In this document: in pieces, positions 1 through 13,845 of the stretch | Position numbering within the stretch: position 1 is the first letter of the stretch | Layout of the letters: every line of letters starts with the position of its first letter | From: Felis catus | Lineage: Eukaryota | Length of the DNA stretch: 60,000 bases | Assembly (NCBI RefSeq): GCF_018350175.1 | Contig: NC_058368.1 | Location: forward strand, 187,862,001-187,922,000 | Reading direction: 5' to 3' | Program-made: the position numbers and the translations under genes | Notes under the pieces: generated by a model | What the model was told of the DNA's origin: nothing | What the model saw: the letters and a program-made list of their open reading frames with translations, nothing else | The model's database searches: none

Positions 1-1510
1 TTATCTTGAATATACGTTTGCTTGTTAGAACATATTAAGATGTATTTATTTGCCACCAGTATTTAACATTTGTGCACATTTTCATAACAGCATTCTTACC
101 TTTTAAATTCTGACTCAAAGTGGATAGGCTAGTGTTGATCTTAGAGTGAAAATGTATACTCTAAGAGCTAGTTCTTAATCCTACTGAGGTGGAAAGGCTT
201 TTGCCCTGAATTGTGATGTGGACCTCTCTCATGGAGAGCCCTTCCTTCTAAGTGCAAGATACTCATTCTCCCAGGTGTCAGGTGGGACTTGACCCTGGGT
301 ACACGTAGTAGGAACAGACCCATAAAGAGCTTTCACGCATGGCAAATGAATTCTTATTAATGGAGACCATACTGTTGCTTTGGTCTTTGGAAAATACATA
401 CTATGAAAAACTTTAATTTTTCTTTTTAATGAATGGAGAAAACATGAGAAAACCAGATGGACCTATTACTACTACATTTTTAAGGCATTTTATATTTGAT
501 GGTGCCGTACTTTTAATAATAATACTGAAGTTTTTTAGTGGCAATGCTGATTTATTTTTTACAAGATAATCCATATTGATTACTTAATACAAAAAAAAGG
601 GAAAAATGCCAAAAAATAAAATACAAAATTCATTTGAAGCAACATAACATAACTGAACATTTGGCTCCAGTGTTCAGACTTTCCATAATCTTACTGTATA
701 GGTTTGGAATTACTTAACCCCACACTCAGGATTAAGAAAAGGGTCTGGGTAAGAGTTGGGAAACATTTAATATACTTGACTAGGACTTGTTTTACGACTC
801 AAGAAGAAAAGGTGAACAGTCTTCTAGTGAGCTTAAACAAATTTTGATTACACTGCAAATAATTAAGTTTGGAGTGCATTCTAAACTCTTTTTGGAAAGT
901 TCTTCATGAAGTCATTACACACGTTTGATCAAATCTGAAAAAGCTCAGGAACTAGCAGCAGGGAGTTCTAAAGATTACATGTACTTCTGTGGCGCCCTCT
1001 TAGACTTGGGTCCAACTTGTTCTTTCAGATGTTGAGCACCAGCAGTACCTTTCAGGCTCACTTTAAGGACCAGAGAACTCTAAGCCATGGTGGGTTGTAC
1101 AATAAGGATTTGTAATTAAGCGTTAGAATGCGCAGTGATGGAAATGACCAAGAAATAATACAAAGGCAAAACCTGATCTCTCCCAATTCTTTTTAAGTAT
1201 CTATTTTTTCTCATGACAAAACTCTCAAAGGCATTTTGTTATAAACCACATTTTCATTTTTTAATAAATGAAATTTGGTGGTGTTTAAAACCTAGACATA
1301 CCATGTTGCTATTTCACTTTTCATTGCTTTAGTTGCTTAATATTTAAGCTTTGCTTCATGCTACCTTTGTATTTCAAATCTTCACAAGCCTATTTCATTT
1401 TGTAGACTTGAATGACAAAAATTGTTTCTCATCTAAAGTATGCTAAGACTTCAATGTTAAAGAATGTTGTGTAACATTTATCCAATAAAGTCTTGATTTT
1501 TTAAAATTTA
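1..1510 (+). other. PWWP2A: Probable 3' UTR end of a convergent plus-strand gene, likely a distal terminal exon of PWWP2A
   Basis: AT-rich, repeat-free, no long ORF; AATAAA at 1263-1268 and 1484-1489 followed by T-rich sequence. The gene name rests only on recalled mammalian synteny (ADRA1B-TTC1-PWWP2A, the last two tail-to-tail). Confidence 0.5.
1484..1489 (+). terminator. Candidate poly(A) signal
   Basis: AATAAA with downstream T-rich tracts (ttttgtttactttt). Confidence 0.5.
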
Positions 1511-1929
1511 GTTATCTAAAAACTTTTGTTTACTTTTTAGGAGTTAGATTTTTTTTTTTTTAACTATTAGGACTCAACCACTGTTGTTCTTTAGGGAGCC
1601 GTTTTAAGTAACACTGCCTCCTTAGGCGAACAGCCTGTAAGTTTTTATTTAATCACCGGGAGATTTTATGGGACCCTCTATGATCAAAGGATAGAAGAAG
1701 GGTGAATAGTTTAATTAGGACCCTGTACACAGACATTACTGTTTTCTTCAAATTCTAGTTAACATATACTGTAATATTGTTTTCAGGAGTATACGGTTTT
1801 CTTTTCTGATGGAAACAAATTTACTACCATTCAGAGTTGGATGTGATTAAGTATCTACTGGTAGGTTTAATTTTAAGAAGTCCTGCCCTTATGGATAAAT
1901 GGTTGCTTCTTTAAAAGCCCAGCATGTCT

Positions 1930-2132
1930 GGGGCACCTGGATGGCGCAGTCGGTTAAGCGTCCGACTCGATCTCGGTTCAGGTCATGATCTCACGCTTTG
2001 TGGGTTTGGGCCCCGCATCGGGCTCTGCACTGATGGTGCAGAGCCTGCTTGAGATTCCGTCTCTCCTTCTCTCTGACCCTAACCCACTTGTGATCTTTCT
2101 CTCTCAAAATAAATAAACTTAAAAAAAATAAA
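1930..2132 (+). mobile_element. CAN-SINE
   Basis: tRNA-derived head, CT tract, A tail; imperfect TSD aaaagcccagcatgtc / aaaggcctagcatgtc. Confidence 0.93.
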
Positions 2133-5100
2133 AGGCCTAGCATGTCCAATGTGTTTAAGCAGAAACACTCGTTTTCAGGAAAAAATTAGCCTTTTAAAGC
2201 CTACCAGAGAGCTGAGATTTTTCAGACCCAAAAACTTAAGTTACTGTGTCTCACCCCCAAACCAGCTCATTTGAGATAAGCAATTCTTTAGAAGGCTGCC
2301 TGTTATTCCAGAGTATATGCAGAATCTTTAAGCTCAAATATTCTCCCATTTCAGTTTATCTATGTAAGTGTAAAGACGAGGCCACTGGATTATGGCTCTG
2401 TTTATATTTTGTATCCCCCCTGAAGTTTCCTACTAATGGAAATGGAACTAGAGAGAACCAAGGTAAAGAAGCCATGCACACATCATCTGGAAGGCCGCCA
2501 CATGACATCTACCCCGCCCCGATACAGTCCAGATCATGTTATATACATGTGTCAGTGTGTTTACAGACACCCCTCTTAACAAAGGAGAGGGGATGAGTGA
2601 TGAAACCCATGGATACAACTCAGGACCTTTCTGGTCTTCATATAAGGAAATGTAAGTTTGGATTCATGCCCTGGAATCCTGTATGGAATGTACCAGTACC
2701 TCCATGGACATGCCGGGTATGTCACTGCAAATATGCCCTACAGATAAAATTAAGCTGTTTTCCTGCTTTTATACCTAAGAACTCATTTTTCTTCTTTCAA
2801 GTAGTGATTCTTCCCTCAGTGCTTTGAATAGAGCTGTGTTTTCTTTAAGCATACCTTGCTCTAGTGGTGAACATCCTGCCAAATCTTTGCTTATTCACAG
2901 TGAAATTTCATGGCCTAAACAAGTAGGTATCATATCAAGAAGGTAATGAACCTGGAAGGAAAGGGTATACGTCAGGAATACTGTGTCAGAGGAAGAAAGA
3001 GCTGGCCAAACCCAAGCTGCTAGGTCACCGTACTTAAGCATACTTCTGGGATTAGCCCTTTCCCGATTCCCTTGTGAAACACATTTGTAGAAGCAACCTT
3101 CTGATGCAAGGGAGGCAAAGTGAGTTGGTGACATTAAGAGGATGTTTCTATACAGATAACCTGCTTTACAGGTATGGATTCTAATCTAAGGTCTACCAGT
3201 CACCTTCTTGACAGAAGAATCACACGGTAACCTCACTGGCCAAAACCATGGAAGATGGAATTTTTTTCCCTTGAGTGAACTAGTCTATAATTTTGTGCTT
3301 CTGAATTCTAAGCTCAGTGCATGATTCCTGAGTGGACAGCTCAGATCTGTGATCTAAAGCAGGTGAACCATATCATCAGTCTGAAGTACCTTGAGGTAAA
3401 GGAGTTGTCTGCTGTGTCACTGTTCCAGAAAAGCACAGCCAGGGGCTTCAGTAAGACACAAAGCAACCTTGTGGAAGACAGGGATGGGGCCGGGGATCCT
3501 TCACATGTTTAAATGAAGCTGCTCTAACACCTGTAGAAAACAAGGCAGTTACTCTTGACCTCTGATGTCAGCGCCGCCAACGGCAGGACCTCATCAGTGT
3601 CATGCTGCCTCAGGAAATCACCCGACCTTCTCTCCCAGTTAACTTCGTGAGGAAAAGTTGCAAATAGCATATTCTATTTTGGGCTAGTCAAACTATTCCA
3701 CAAAACAATGTTGTGTACGTCAGACCAAGTACCAGAGACCGTCCACCAAAGCCTACATTCTTTGAGATGTAAACACTGTTCTCCCTACTTCACTCCATTC
3801 CCTTGCTTCCCATTCCTGGCCTCCCTGAGGACTTCTGTCTTTAGTCCGCCTGAAGACTTTACCATCTGTGGATTTCTAACTTGTTACATTTGGGGAATTG
3901 GAGGGCACTTGGGTGCTCAGGTGGCCTTAGGTGGCTGCCAGGTGGGTGTTCAGGTGGGGTGCCTGATGTAGACATCCACCTGACACAGCATCCCACAGGG
4001 GGACAACAAGCTTCCAGTATCTTCGTATCTAGCTCCTCACCTTTGGCACTAAGGATTTCCCGGAGAGGCTTCTGAGTTGGTTCCCTTCACATCCGCCACG
4101 ATGCCTGATGGCTTAGAAGCCCCAGTGCCAGGCAGGAGTTCCCATCTGGTTGGGCTGTATTTTTTCAGCAAGCCAGAGCTCTAGGAGCTGGGACCAAATC
4201 GTGGCTGAGAGTGGTTAGCTATGCGCTTCCTGGGCAATGAGACAGCAGGCCGTGCCGTGCTTTAGCTAAGAGGGAAGTGTGGGCTTCCAAAGTTGCCTCC
4301 TGAGTGAAAGCAAAAAGAAGGTAAAGAGTCATATTTCTAGTTCTGGCTGATACAGCTTAACTCCTATGTGATGGAGTTTATTCCTAGTTTGCAGACCTCA
4401 CAGAGTTGGAAAATTCTTATTATAGAATATTCTAAACATCTGTAAAGTAGACTAGCATAACTAACAAACCCCATGTATCCAACCCTAGCTTCGACAATTA
4501 GCAGCTTGTTGCCAGGAGGACCGAAACGTTTAATGCCCTGAAGTATGAGGGCCATGCTCACTAGTTTTCATATACTCATGTTACTAGTTTCTTGACTGTC
4601 CCTTGAAGGGTTTGAAGCAATTGTTCTGATACTCTAGGGTTATTTTAGCCCCGCCTCTCGGGTTGACTGGTAGCAAGCAGTCCATTGCTCACTTTCAGAA
4701 GCACTAATGGGCTTGGTTTAGTGGGGACTCAGGGCAGCTCTTGGCAGACAGCAGGACGCAAATGGACACGATCACCTTTTTCTGTCCGGCTTTTAACTGT
4801 ACAGTTTCCTGAAGGTACAGACTTCCTAGCCCCTTCTGGTACAATGTGCACATGCTTCCTCTTTTAAAGGAAATGCAGGTGATGGAAGGACTAAGCTCAT
4901 AACTATCGAAGTGGGGGGGGGGGGGGGGGGGAGTGGGTTGCAGGGTGAAAAGGAGCATACACACCTCGCTAAAAGTGTTCCAAGATTTTTACCAGGGTTT
5001 GGGGGTATCAAGCACGCAGTACACCCCAAAAGACGTATTAGAGGAAGAGTTCAATGCCTTCAGAAATGAGGGGGCGATGAAGGGAAAGGCTGGCTTACGA

Positions 5101-6497
5101 CAGGAAGTGATCACAGCAACACAGACAGAAAAGGCAACAGCTGAGCTGGCAGTGACCCCCGGGGCTGCCCCTGAAGACTGAGCTCCAGCAACTCTATGCT
5201 GCCTTGTAGGCCAACAGCAAGCTTAAGGGAAGTTCAGATAACAGAGGAAAAGGGACAGAGGCTTAAAGCACTGATTCTTCCTGTCCTAGGAGGTTTCTCA
5301 GATTGGCACCCTGGTCTTAGAGGGTTACTGGACCTTGCCCTTTAAAGACCTTAAGGATATTAAAGCAGCCATTCACCTGCACAGCTGTTCCCATCCTCCT
5401 TGATCTTCCCCTTTGACATTTCAATTTTTGCTAAACAGGTTGTAAAAGACAGGATTCACAGGTCTGGTTAGCTCTTAGGATCAGACAGACAACTCGGCAA
5501 ATACGTCTCCCAATCAGGTTTACATTTAATACCTGCTGCCAGTTCTCTAGCCCATGACATTTCACTCAGTAAAATCCCTCCCTCTGTCTTTCTAAATCAG
5601 TCTGGATTCCAGCTTCAGAGCTGTGTAAAAGGAATTCAATTACATTTCCAATAGGCTTGGAGGCCAGCTCAGCGACCCACAGCACCAGAAATAATCACCA
5701 GGCCCAACAACATTTCCAAGAGCAGTTCCCTACTTTTAATGCCACAAAATGTTGCGAGAAATAGGGACTTTCGTCATTTAAGACTGAACAAGCATTCATG
5801 CCTTTGACTATACCTGAGTTAACTGTGAAGGTCCAATGTGTGAGGTCTTGCCATTTTACTGAAGTTCAAATGTAGGCCCAGTGCCACGATGTTCAGGTCA
5901 TTAGCTAGTAGGCTCAGCCACTCCCCAGCCTCCACATCTCGGCATGGTGTAATATTCTCTATTCCTACAAGCACAATAACTTGTAATAAGATATGGAGTT
6001 CTGGGGGGTGAGACAAGGGGCAAAAGGGTGGGGGGAAGGGAACCCAGGGCAGCGTTTCTGATGGAAGGGAATCATATACGGAAAGTCAGAGTTCTTAGGA
6101 AAAGAGGTTGGATCTTTAGAATATAACCATAACTCAGATGCATGACATGAGGAAAAGGAACAAATCTACAGTGCACTCCACAGAAAAAGCACTAGATGAG
6201 TAGGACTTTATTGTAGGAATAGTCCCAGTTTCCTGGGTGAACCTGGGTGAACAGAAAAGTCGCTCATGTCAAAGTTAGAGGGGTGGTTAAGACATAGTAT
6301 GGAAATACAGAGAACACAAGATTCAGTGGAAATGTGATCTGGGAGAGGGTGCGGAGGCTGAAACTACACAAGGTGGGGATTTCTGAAAGTCTCAAGACAA
6401 ACCCTTACAAGTCTCTAAGATGCAAAAATGAAAACTTACAGATGAGAAGACATATGCTTACAAGCCAGATTGAATGCTCAACATCTCAGGACATTTT

Positions 6498-6715
6498 TTT
6501 TTAATTTTTTTTTTTTGACGTTTATTTATTTTTGAGACAGAGAGAGCATGAAAGGGGGAGGGTCAGAGAGAGAGAGGGAGACACAGAATCCGCAATAGGC
6601 TCCAGGCTCCGAGCTGCCAGCACAGGGCCTGACGCGGGGCTTGAACTCACGAACCGCGAGATCATGACCTGAGCCGAAGTCGGATGCTCAACCGACTGAG
6701 CCACCCAGGCGCCCC
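6498..6715 (-). mobile_element. CAN-SINE
   Basis: Full-length; TSD ctcaggacatttt at 6485-6497 and 6716-6728. Confidence 0.95.
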
Positions 6716-7625
6716 CTCAGGACATTTTACATGGCTGCACAAGATGGGCTCCCCGCTGGCTTAAAGTGACTTTCTTTACAAAGTGTCTTTTTAAGCTTCA
6801 CAGTGTATAAGTACTGGATTCACTGTTGAGAAATCCTAGCTGAGCCCTCTAAATTAGCCAGAACTGCACACCTATCCAAATAAAAACACTACTGTAGAAA
6901 GTTCTGGGACCATTAACTGTAGGGTGTTAAGGCCATTCTGGGCAATACACAGGGAAGTTCCAGATCAATCCACTGGTCTCGACTAGGTGAAACCAAGCTA
7001 TTATCTTTCATTGCCTCCCACCATATTCTTTGGAAGGTGAAAAATAGCACATAAACCTGGCTGACATTAAAAACACTTGCCAGATCTTAAGATTTTGAGG
7101 AAATGACTAGTTTCTACTTACCCTGAGATAACATATAACGGTTAGTAAAGGAGACATTTTAAAAATCAGGTACTAATCAAAGGGTACAGATACTGGAGAC
7201 TTCTGGATTGTGATGGTTATTCACATTGAAAACACTTCTTGTAGAATGCTCTTTAATACCAATTAACTGGGTTTCTGGTAGAGCAGTAGGTGTTGGTGCT
7301 ATTAAAAAAATAAACATGGCCCTTACCTTCCAGGAGCTCATGGAGGCAGGGAACAGATCATATTATTTAAATAATACGTATCTTAATAGTCTTCAAGGAA
7401 ACTGTTGAAGGAGATCCAAAATTATTTTGATCCATCATGATATTGTCGGAGTAAGAACATATACAATATCAAATGCTTCAATTCTATTCAATTCATTCTA
7501 ATGTCAACCATTTTCAAAAGGTTGAATCTATTTTTTCTTCCAGATTTGTAAACAGAAATAATTGTGGTTGATTAAAAACAAACAAACAAAAAAAAACCTC
7601 CTTGGCTTAAGAAATTTCACACTTA

Positions 7626-8136
7626 GGGGTGCGTGGGTGGCTTAGTCGGTTGAGTGTCTGACTTCGGCTCAGGTCATGATCTCACAGTTCGTGGGTTTGA
7701 GTCCCGCATCGGGCTCTGCACTGACAGCTCAGCCTGGAGCCTGCTTCGGATTCTGTGTCTCCCTCTCTCTCTGTCCCTCCCCTGCTCACACTCTCTCAAA
7801 AATAAACGTTAAAAAAATTAAAAAAAAAAATTCACACCTAGTTAGATTCTTTCAAGATTCATTGTGAGATTTCAGCAGGGTGGAGGTGGTGAAGGGAGAA
7901 GAAGCAGAGAGGAAGGCCTAAGAAGCAAAACCTGGGCACCTGAGTAGCTCAGTCAGTTGAGTGTCCGGCTCTTGATTTCAGCTCAGGTCATGATCTCACG
8001 GTGTGTGAGTTCAAGCCCTGCGTCTGGTTCTGTGCTGACAGTGCGGAGCCTGCTTGGGATTCTCTCTCTCCCTCTTTCCCTGCCCCTCCATTGCTCATGC
8101 TCATGCTCTCTCTTTGAAAATAAATAGACTAAAAAA
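7626..8136 (+). mobile_element. Two CAN-SINEs (~7626-7830 and ~7934-8136)
   Basis: Both have a tRNA-like head, CT tract and A-rich tail. Confidence 0.9.
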
Positions 8137-8300
8137 GCATAACCTCTGGAGCCTGTGGCAATGACAATGTCTTAAGGAAGGCTGTATCTAGGCAAACATG
8201 TCTATTTCCTCACTCCCTGGAGGTTCAGACAGGTGCTCAGGAATCTCAGCTCTGACCTTGGCTGAGTCTCAGCTGTTGAGCCCAAAGTCAGAATCTGGCA

Positions 8301-8933
8301 AAGTAGCTCTCAAAATGTGATCTGAGGGGAGCCTGGCTGGCTCAGTTGGTAGAGCATGCGACTCTTGATCTTGGGGTTGTGATTCAAACCCCATGTTGGG
8401 TGTAGAGCTCTATTAAAGAAGAAAAAAAGTGCCCTGAGGCCTGCCAGGAATTCCTGAGACCCTTTCAGGTCTCCAAGAAGTCAAAGCTATTTTCGCTAAT
8501 ACTAAGAGCTAGGTCAACTGCTTTTCTCACTGTCACACTGTCATGGGTGTGCCCGGTGTAGGATTCTCCAGGCTACGTGACGGGATACTGTGACAACCTG
8601 AGTGCAGAAGCAGATCTGAATCCTGCTAGCCTCTACTAAGCCACGCGTGAAAGAGATTTACAGAAATGTAAAATGATGTCATTCTTCTTACTGAAATGTT
8701 TTTGTTTTGGAAGACATTTTTCTAAAACTATTGTTTTTTTAAAAAAAAAATATATATATATAAACAAGAAATATATTTGCTATTTTTAAAGGAATTAACT
8801 AAGTATTTAAGGGACTTCTCAGTTTTAATTTCTCATCTGGTAAACATCAATGGATAAAATCCACATAACCCCAAACACTCTTCAAACGCTCTGGAGTGTG
8901 AGGGTCCTGAGGTGAGCGACCTGGGAATCGCTG
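8301..8933 (+). mobile_element. hAT-Charlie DNA transposon relic (MER119-like), interrupted by a short SINE at ~8327-8429
   Basis: Resembles the recalled consensus (cctgagaccctttcagg...gtcaaagctatttt...tgcagaagcagat...aaagagattt); visibly similar to the copy at 57210-57640. Confidence 0.65.
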
Positions 8934-9759
8934 CTCTGGCAAAACGGCTGCACAGGACGCCATCACCACCGAGAGCCAGACACAGGCCTTTTGGCCAAAG
9001 CTCCTGCACAATCGCTGTGATTCCTCACACACACTTTTTTGAGAACTTCAGATGCCAGATTTATCATAAAGACAGCAAAGCAAAAGTAACCACGTGCTTT
9101 CCCCCTCTCCTTTTCCCCTTAATTCCATTTCAAAATCCGGAAGAGAGGCTTAGCATAGCACAGAATTAACACTGCACATCATTCTGCGACCGACCAACGC
9201 ACTGCACTCTAAGGGGCTCTGAGGAACAGATCAGAGCCGTGGCACATCTGGACACGGGGCAGGACTGCTGCAATGTCACTTACAGAATTATATGGGCACT
9301 TCAGTTCTGAGATGAAACCTGCAAGTCACTGCCTTTGACACTCAAACCAGAACTGAAAGCTTTCACCAACAATCAGTGATGACTAAGAAAGCCCAAACCT
9401 ACCTTTGAAACCTCTGGGTTTGTGTAGTCTAAAAGAATATGGTTTTGTCTGGGATTCACATACCGCTCTTCTTGAATGGAGCTACTTTAAGTTGAAACTG
9501 TTAAGACTGATGCTTGGGCGAAAACACTGATCTCATCATGATCTGCACAAACCTGAAGAGGCCCAAGACACTGTGTGAGGTGGTTTCTGCATTCTAGTAC
9601 CTGGCGGAATGGTCAGTTCTTCAAGATCATCTTCGAGGTGGCAACTAAGACTGTGGGCAGATCTGTGAATGCTGGTAACATTCAGCAACACTGAGCCTGA
9701 AGCCAGAGGAGCCTTCCGCTTTAGCTGTCATTATGGGGACAAAATTCACAAGCCAGCTC

Positions 9760-10250
9760 AGACCGTCAAAGAAAGCGTTTATTACCACAGAGGAAACCAG
9801 GAGACGCTGGAGCCCATGCCCGGCGGCCTGAGCAATGTGAGTAATCAGGGAGAGGGGGCAGCAGGCGGGAGCCTCATGAATCATGTCTGGGTAGTCTCTG
9901 AACCTGGCTTGGGCCAGGAGACACTTTGGCTGGGCTTGTGTGTATAGCTCAGGGAGGTCAGCTTTGACAAGCAGGCTTCTGCCCGGACAAAGCAAAGGTC
10001 AGCCAGAATCAAGGGTAACAGATGCATAGACACCACCTTAAAATGGAAATCAAATTAGGCTTATTACATCAGAAGTGCATTTGACCTGGATCATAGAACA
10101 AGAGGGAGAAGGGAGCACTGGGCCCTAGCAGATAGCCTGTCTTTGAGATAAGATGCTTTTGAAAGTTAAATATTGGCAGGGCCTTCCCCCTTGCTAACAG
10201 CGAGCAGCATACAATCTCCAAGCCAGCTTCAAAAGCTACTGTAAACTTTG
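9760..10250 (-). other. TTC1: TTC1 3' UTR
   Basis: Lies between the stop codon (10251-10253) and a minus-strand AATAAA; cleavage site approximate. Confidence 0.75.
9778..9783 (-). terminator. TTC1: TTC1 poly(A) signal
   Basis: AATAAA on the minus strand (tttatt on plus), ~470 nt after the stop. Confidence 0.75.
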
Positions 10251-10384
10251 TTATCTGTTATTATTTGGATTTTGAACAAAATTGATGGAGTAGGAACCAG
10301 TAGAGGAATCCTGTTTGATCTGGAAATTTTCGGTGGAGAGTCCAAAAGGTCGAAGAACCAAGTTCCCAAGATCTTTTAGTTTAC
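10251..10384 (-). CDS. TTC1: TTC1 exon 8 (last coding exon)
   Basis: Acceptor ttgcag; 134 nt; (G)[43 protein letters not shown], matching the recalled TTC1 C-terminus; not in the ORF track. Confidence 0.97.
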
Positions 10385-10583
10385 CTGCAATGTAAAAGTG
10401 GAAATTCAAATAAATATGGGGAATAAACAGATGTAGGAAGACCTCGACTAATCCTGCCTTCCTATCTGATTACAAAATATAAAGGACATCTCTCTTCAGT
10501 TAAAGAAACTCCTGCTTTTAAAATTATGAAAACTTTAGCCCCCTCAGCAGTGTGGTCACACTTTAGGGCCACCCATCCCCAAG

Positions 10584-10643
10584 CTTTTTTTTTTTTTTTT
10601 TTTTTTTAAGTTTATTTGGAGAGAGCAAGTGGGGGAGGGGGGG

Positions 10644-10698
<55 letters not shown>

Positions 10699-10858
10699 AG
10701 GGAGGGAGGGAGGGAGGGAGACACAGATTCCAGAGCAGGATCCAGGCTCTGAGCTGTCAGTGCAGAGCCTGATGTGGGGTTTGAACTCATGAACCGTGAC
10801 ATCGTGACCTGAGCCGAAGTTGGACACCTAACCAACTGAGCCACCCAGGCACCACCCC
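10584..10858 (-). mobile_element. CAN-SINE with expanded (CT)n/(CCCT)n tract
   Basis: SINE head and tail, long GA repeat on the plus strand, short TSD ccccaag. Confidence 0.93.
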
Positions 10859-12569
10859 CAAGACTGTACTTTGTAGATGATCTTCCTGCCCCAATAGGCC
10901 AGGACCAACAAAGGACACAGGCCCTGGGATGAGTGATGGCCAAAGTGACTGTTGCTCCCAGGGGGGCTGAAAGCATACTGCCGAGCCCCAGGGCCTGGTG
11001 CTAAGGGCAGTGGACCCTCCAAGTCTGTTCTCTGTGGAAAAAGCAGCAGCTACCTGCTGCATCCAATTCCACTCAGCAGACTTCTACTGAGCCTGGGTTC
11101 ACACTGAAGAGCTTCCTGCTTTACTAGGGAAAGCCTTAGCTTCTACACCAAACTCGTTGCTTCTCAGGAAACAGGGGTTCTTATTCCTTTGATGGCACCA
11201 CCCACCTCAATAGTCCAGTCTCTTCTCCCCAAGATTTGGGCTTTACTCATTAATCACAGGTGCATTCACGTTTCAAAAACCAAAATTGAGACACGTGGTA
11301 TAAACAAGGAGTTTTATGTGGATTCTACATATAAGAGTGCCACAGAGTTTGTATGTCAACAGCTGGAGATTTATAGGGACTTATGGGGCAATGGGATGGA
11401 ATATTTGAAGGTAGGAGCATTTTGGAAAATTTTTGGCTGGAACAGGTGAATACACAGTTTCAACTCTCTCTGAACAATTGTTCTTGCAGGTACGCTTCCA
11501 ATGGAGAGGAGCATGGGGTAAAGGGGAAGAAGCCCCTAACTGTCAGAGCTACGGGTTCCTTCCCACCGTCCCACTTGTTACCAGCTTTCTCTCTCTGAGG
11601 CCTCCCGCCTTGAAGCAAAGCCCAAGCAGAGAACTTACAGATGCATGGCCTTCACATGTGAAGGCCTTTTCTAGTAACTCGTTGCAAGAACTTTTGGTCT
11701 CAGTCTAAGACTTATCCCCCGGAAGCTCCCAGACCCAGGCTAACCAGTCTCCAGACAGGCTTCCCAAACTTAAACCTGGATCACACGTGCTGAGTGCGCC
11801 TGTTTGAGGAGAGGCGCTGGCAGCCCATCCCCACACCCAGGTGCCGCCCAGAGCACAGCCTCAAGTGGATGGATGCCCAGGTAGGGGCCACAACAAACAA
11901 AGAAAGGAGGGGGCATCCTCAGGTAAGCATGAGTCACCCAGGACCTTGGCGGTCTGTCCTGGGGTTGAGGAAGGAGGGCAGGGGGAAACACACATTTAAA
12001 GAAGCCAACTAAAAGGTCACTGCTGGCACAACCCTTGGCTCTTCTGACATGGAGCGAATGAAAGGAGAATGAATCTCAAGGGATGTTCACACCACGCTTC
12101 TCAAGAGCAGCAGTGCCATCTGGCCGCCTCCTCTGTTCGAGGGCCACTCTGGACTGGCGACTGAGCCCTGGGTGCCCCCTGGATGGAGGTCTTGCTGCGA
12201 GCCCATCTCACTGCACAGCAACCCGTGAAAGCGCCAACTGTACGGGCTCTGCCATTTGATGCAATGGGAGCTACAGACTTCGGAGATGCTCTCGGTCTAG
12301 CGGGGAGGCAGACACAGGAGCGAGGTGCGCCCTGAGCCCCGGGGAGGAGCTCTCCGCCTGTGCAGGGGTGAGAGGCACCTCAGGAGAGACTACACTGCAG
12401 TGCGCTGAGGAACTGAGAGGGGCAGGACGCTGGCATGCCACTGTGTTCCGTGGATGGCAAGGGGACAGGACTTTAAACTGCAGATGGAGAGGGACAATTA
12501 GGGCCTTCTGCAGGTTCTCACTTTGCTTGCCCTGCTGAAGAAGGTGCCCACCACAGTGAGCCTTGCACT

Positions 12570-12906
12570 TTTAGCTTAACTGATTCTCTGGACGGCACTC
12601 ATGAAAACGTGCTTCCCCAGATGCCCTCTGCCGACACCTGCATGTCCCAGTCAATGACCGACTGAGCTCGGTAGGGGCAGACCAGGTGCTCTGACAGGTG
12701 AGTGGGGCTCCCCGATGGCTTTGCTGGAACTTTCTGAGCACTACATGCTGGGTGAGACTTCCTACTCCGCTTCCCTCTATCCTCCACAGCCATCTGACAG
12801 CTCCCACCCCTCTGCCCCACTTCCCCTTCCAGGTGTTTCCCCGATGGGTTTCTTGTACATCTAATCTGATCCTGCTTCTGTTTCTCTGAGGACTCAGCCT
12901 GCACAC
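12570..12906 (+). mobile_element. Degraded ERVL LTR (LTR16-like)
   Basis: 3' end cttgtacatctaatctgatcctgcttctgtttctctgaggactcagcctgcaca resembles the recalled LTR16 terminus; boundaries approximate. Confidence 0.45.
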
Positions 12907-13719
12907 AGGCTATCATTCTCTTTCCTTCCGTTCTCGGCCTTTCTAACATTCCGCAATAGTTTTACTATGTGATCTCCAGATCAGAATGTGGGAAGTTCTG
13001 CCTGCTACGTGAGACAATGCACACAAAGTGCCTGAGACACCTGATAAAGACACGATGAAAAAGTCTCCATGTTAGAGACGACCTGAGGTTCCCAGACTTG
13101 AATCTGACCAACAGTCCTAAGTTCACATGTGTGGCATCTCGCTGTGTGGTAGGGAGGCAGAGACAGGAGACAGTCACTTCACCAGAACAAGCTGAGATAG
13201 GATGGGGAAGACAAGACACACACACACACACACACACACGCCAGTTCACGGGGAAGCTGAGATATGAGTGCCAGGAGAGTCAGTAAGAAGATTCCTTCCT
13301 GGGGGTGGGGAGGGGGGAGCCCTGCCAGAGCTTCTCGTGTAAGACTGTCCATGCGAATCATCATCAGAGGACAGACAGGACTGTAGTCATTTGAGACAGA
13401 GGGAGCGGGCAGGGCTGGCAAAAATGGTTTGGATAAATGTATAGAGAGGGGTGGGCAAGGGCAAGCAATGTGTCCAGTGGGCTCGGGCATGTTCTTATGA
13501 GCCAGGCCAGAGTCTATGGCTCTTGTGCCACGGGGAAGGCCACTGAAGATTTGAGAACTGAGCTTTAAGGGTTAATAATGCTGTGGCAAAGGAAGAATGA
13601 AAAGGAGAGCCTGGAGGTGGTCCTGACAGAAAGTTAGTGCAACATTCTGGGAAAGCAGCCATTTATTTATTCACTGAACAAATATCTGAATGCCTATAAT
13701 GCTGGGTAAAGAAGTTCTG

Positions 13720-13845
13720 AGGGGTGCAAGGCTGGCTCAGTTGGTGGAGCGTACAACTCTTGATCTCGGGGTTGTGAGTTTGAGACCCACACTGGGTGTA
13801 CAGATTACTTAAAAATAAAATCTTAAAAAGGAAGAAGAAGAAAAG
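13720..13845 (+). mobile_element. Short old CAN-SINE
   Basis: tRNA-like head (ggctggctcagttggtggagc) plus A-rich tail. Confidence 0.8.

Noticed and set aside
4913..4932. G20 homopolymer, and G-runs inside SINE tracts
   Set aside because: Simple homopolymers with error-prone length and no supporting context.
8912..9169. Plus-strand ORF with a possible donor (AAA|gtaacc), considered as an upstream partner of the 11234 exon candidate
   Set aside because: Weak splice signals and no recognisable homology; cannot be supported from sequence alone.
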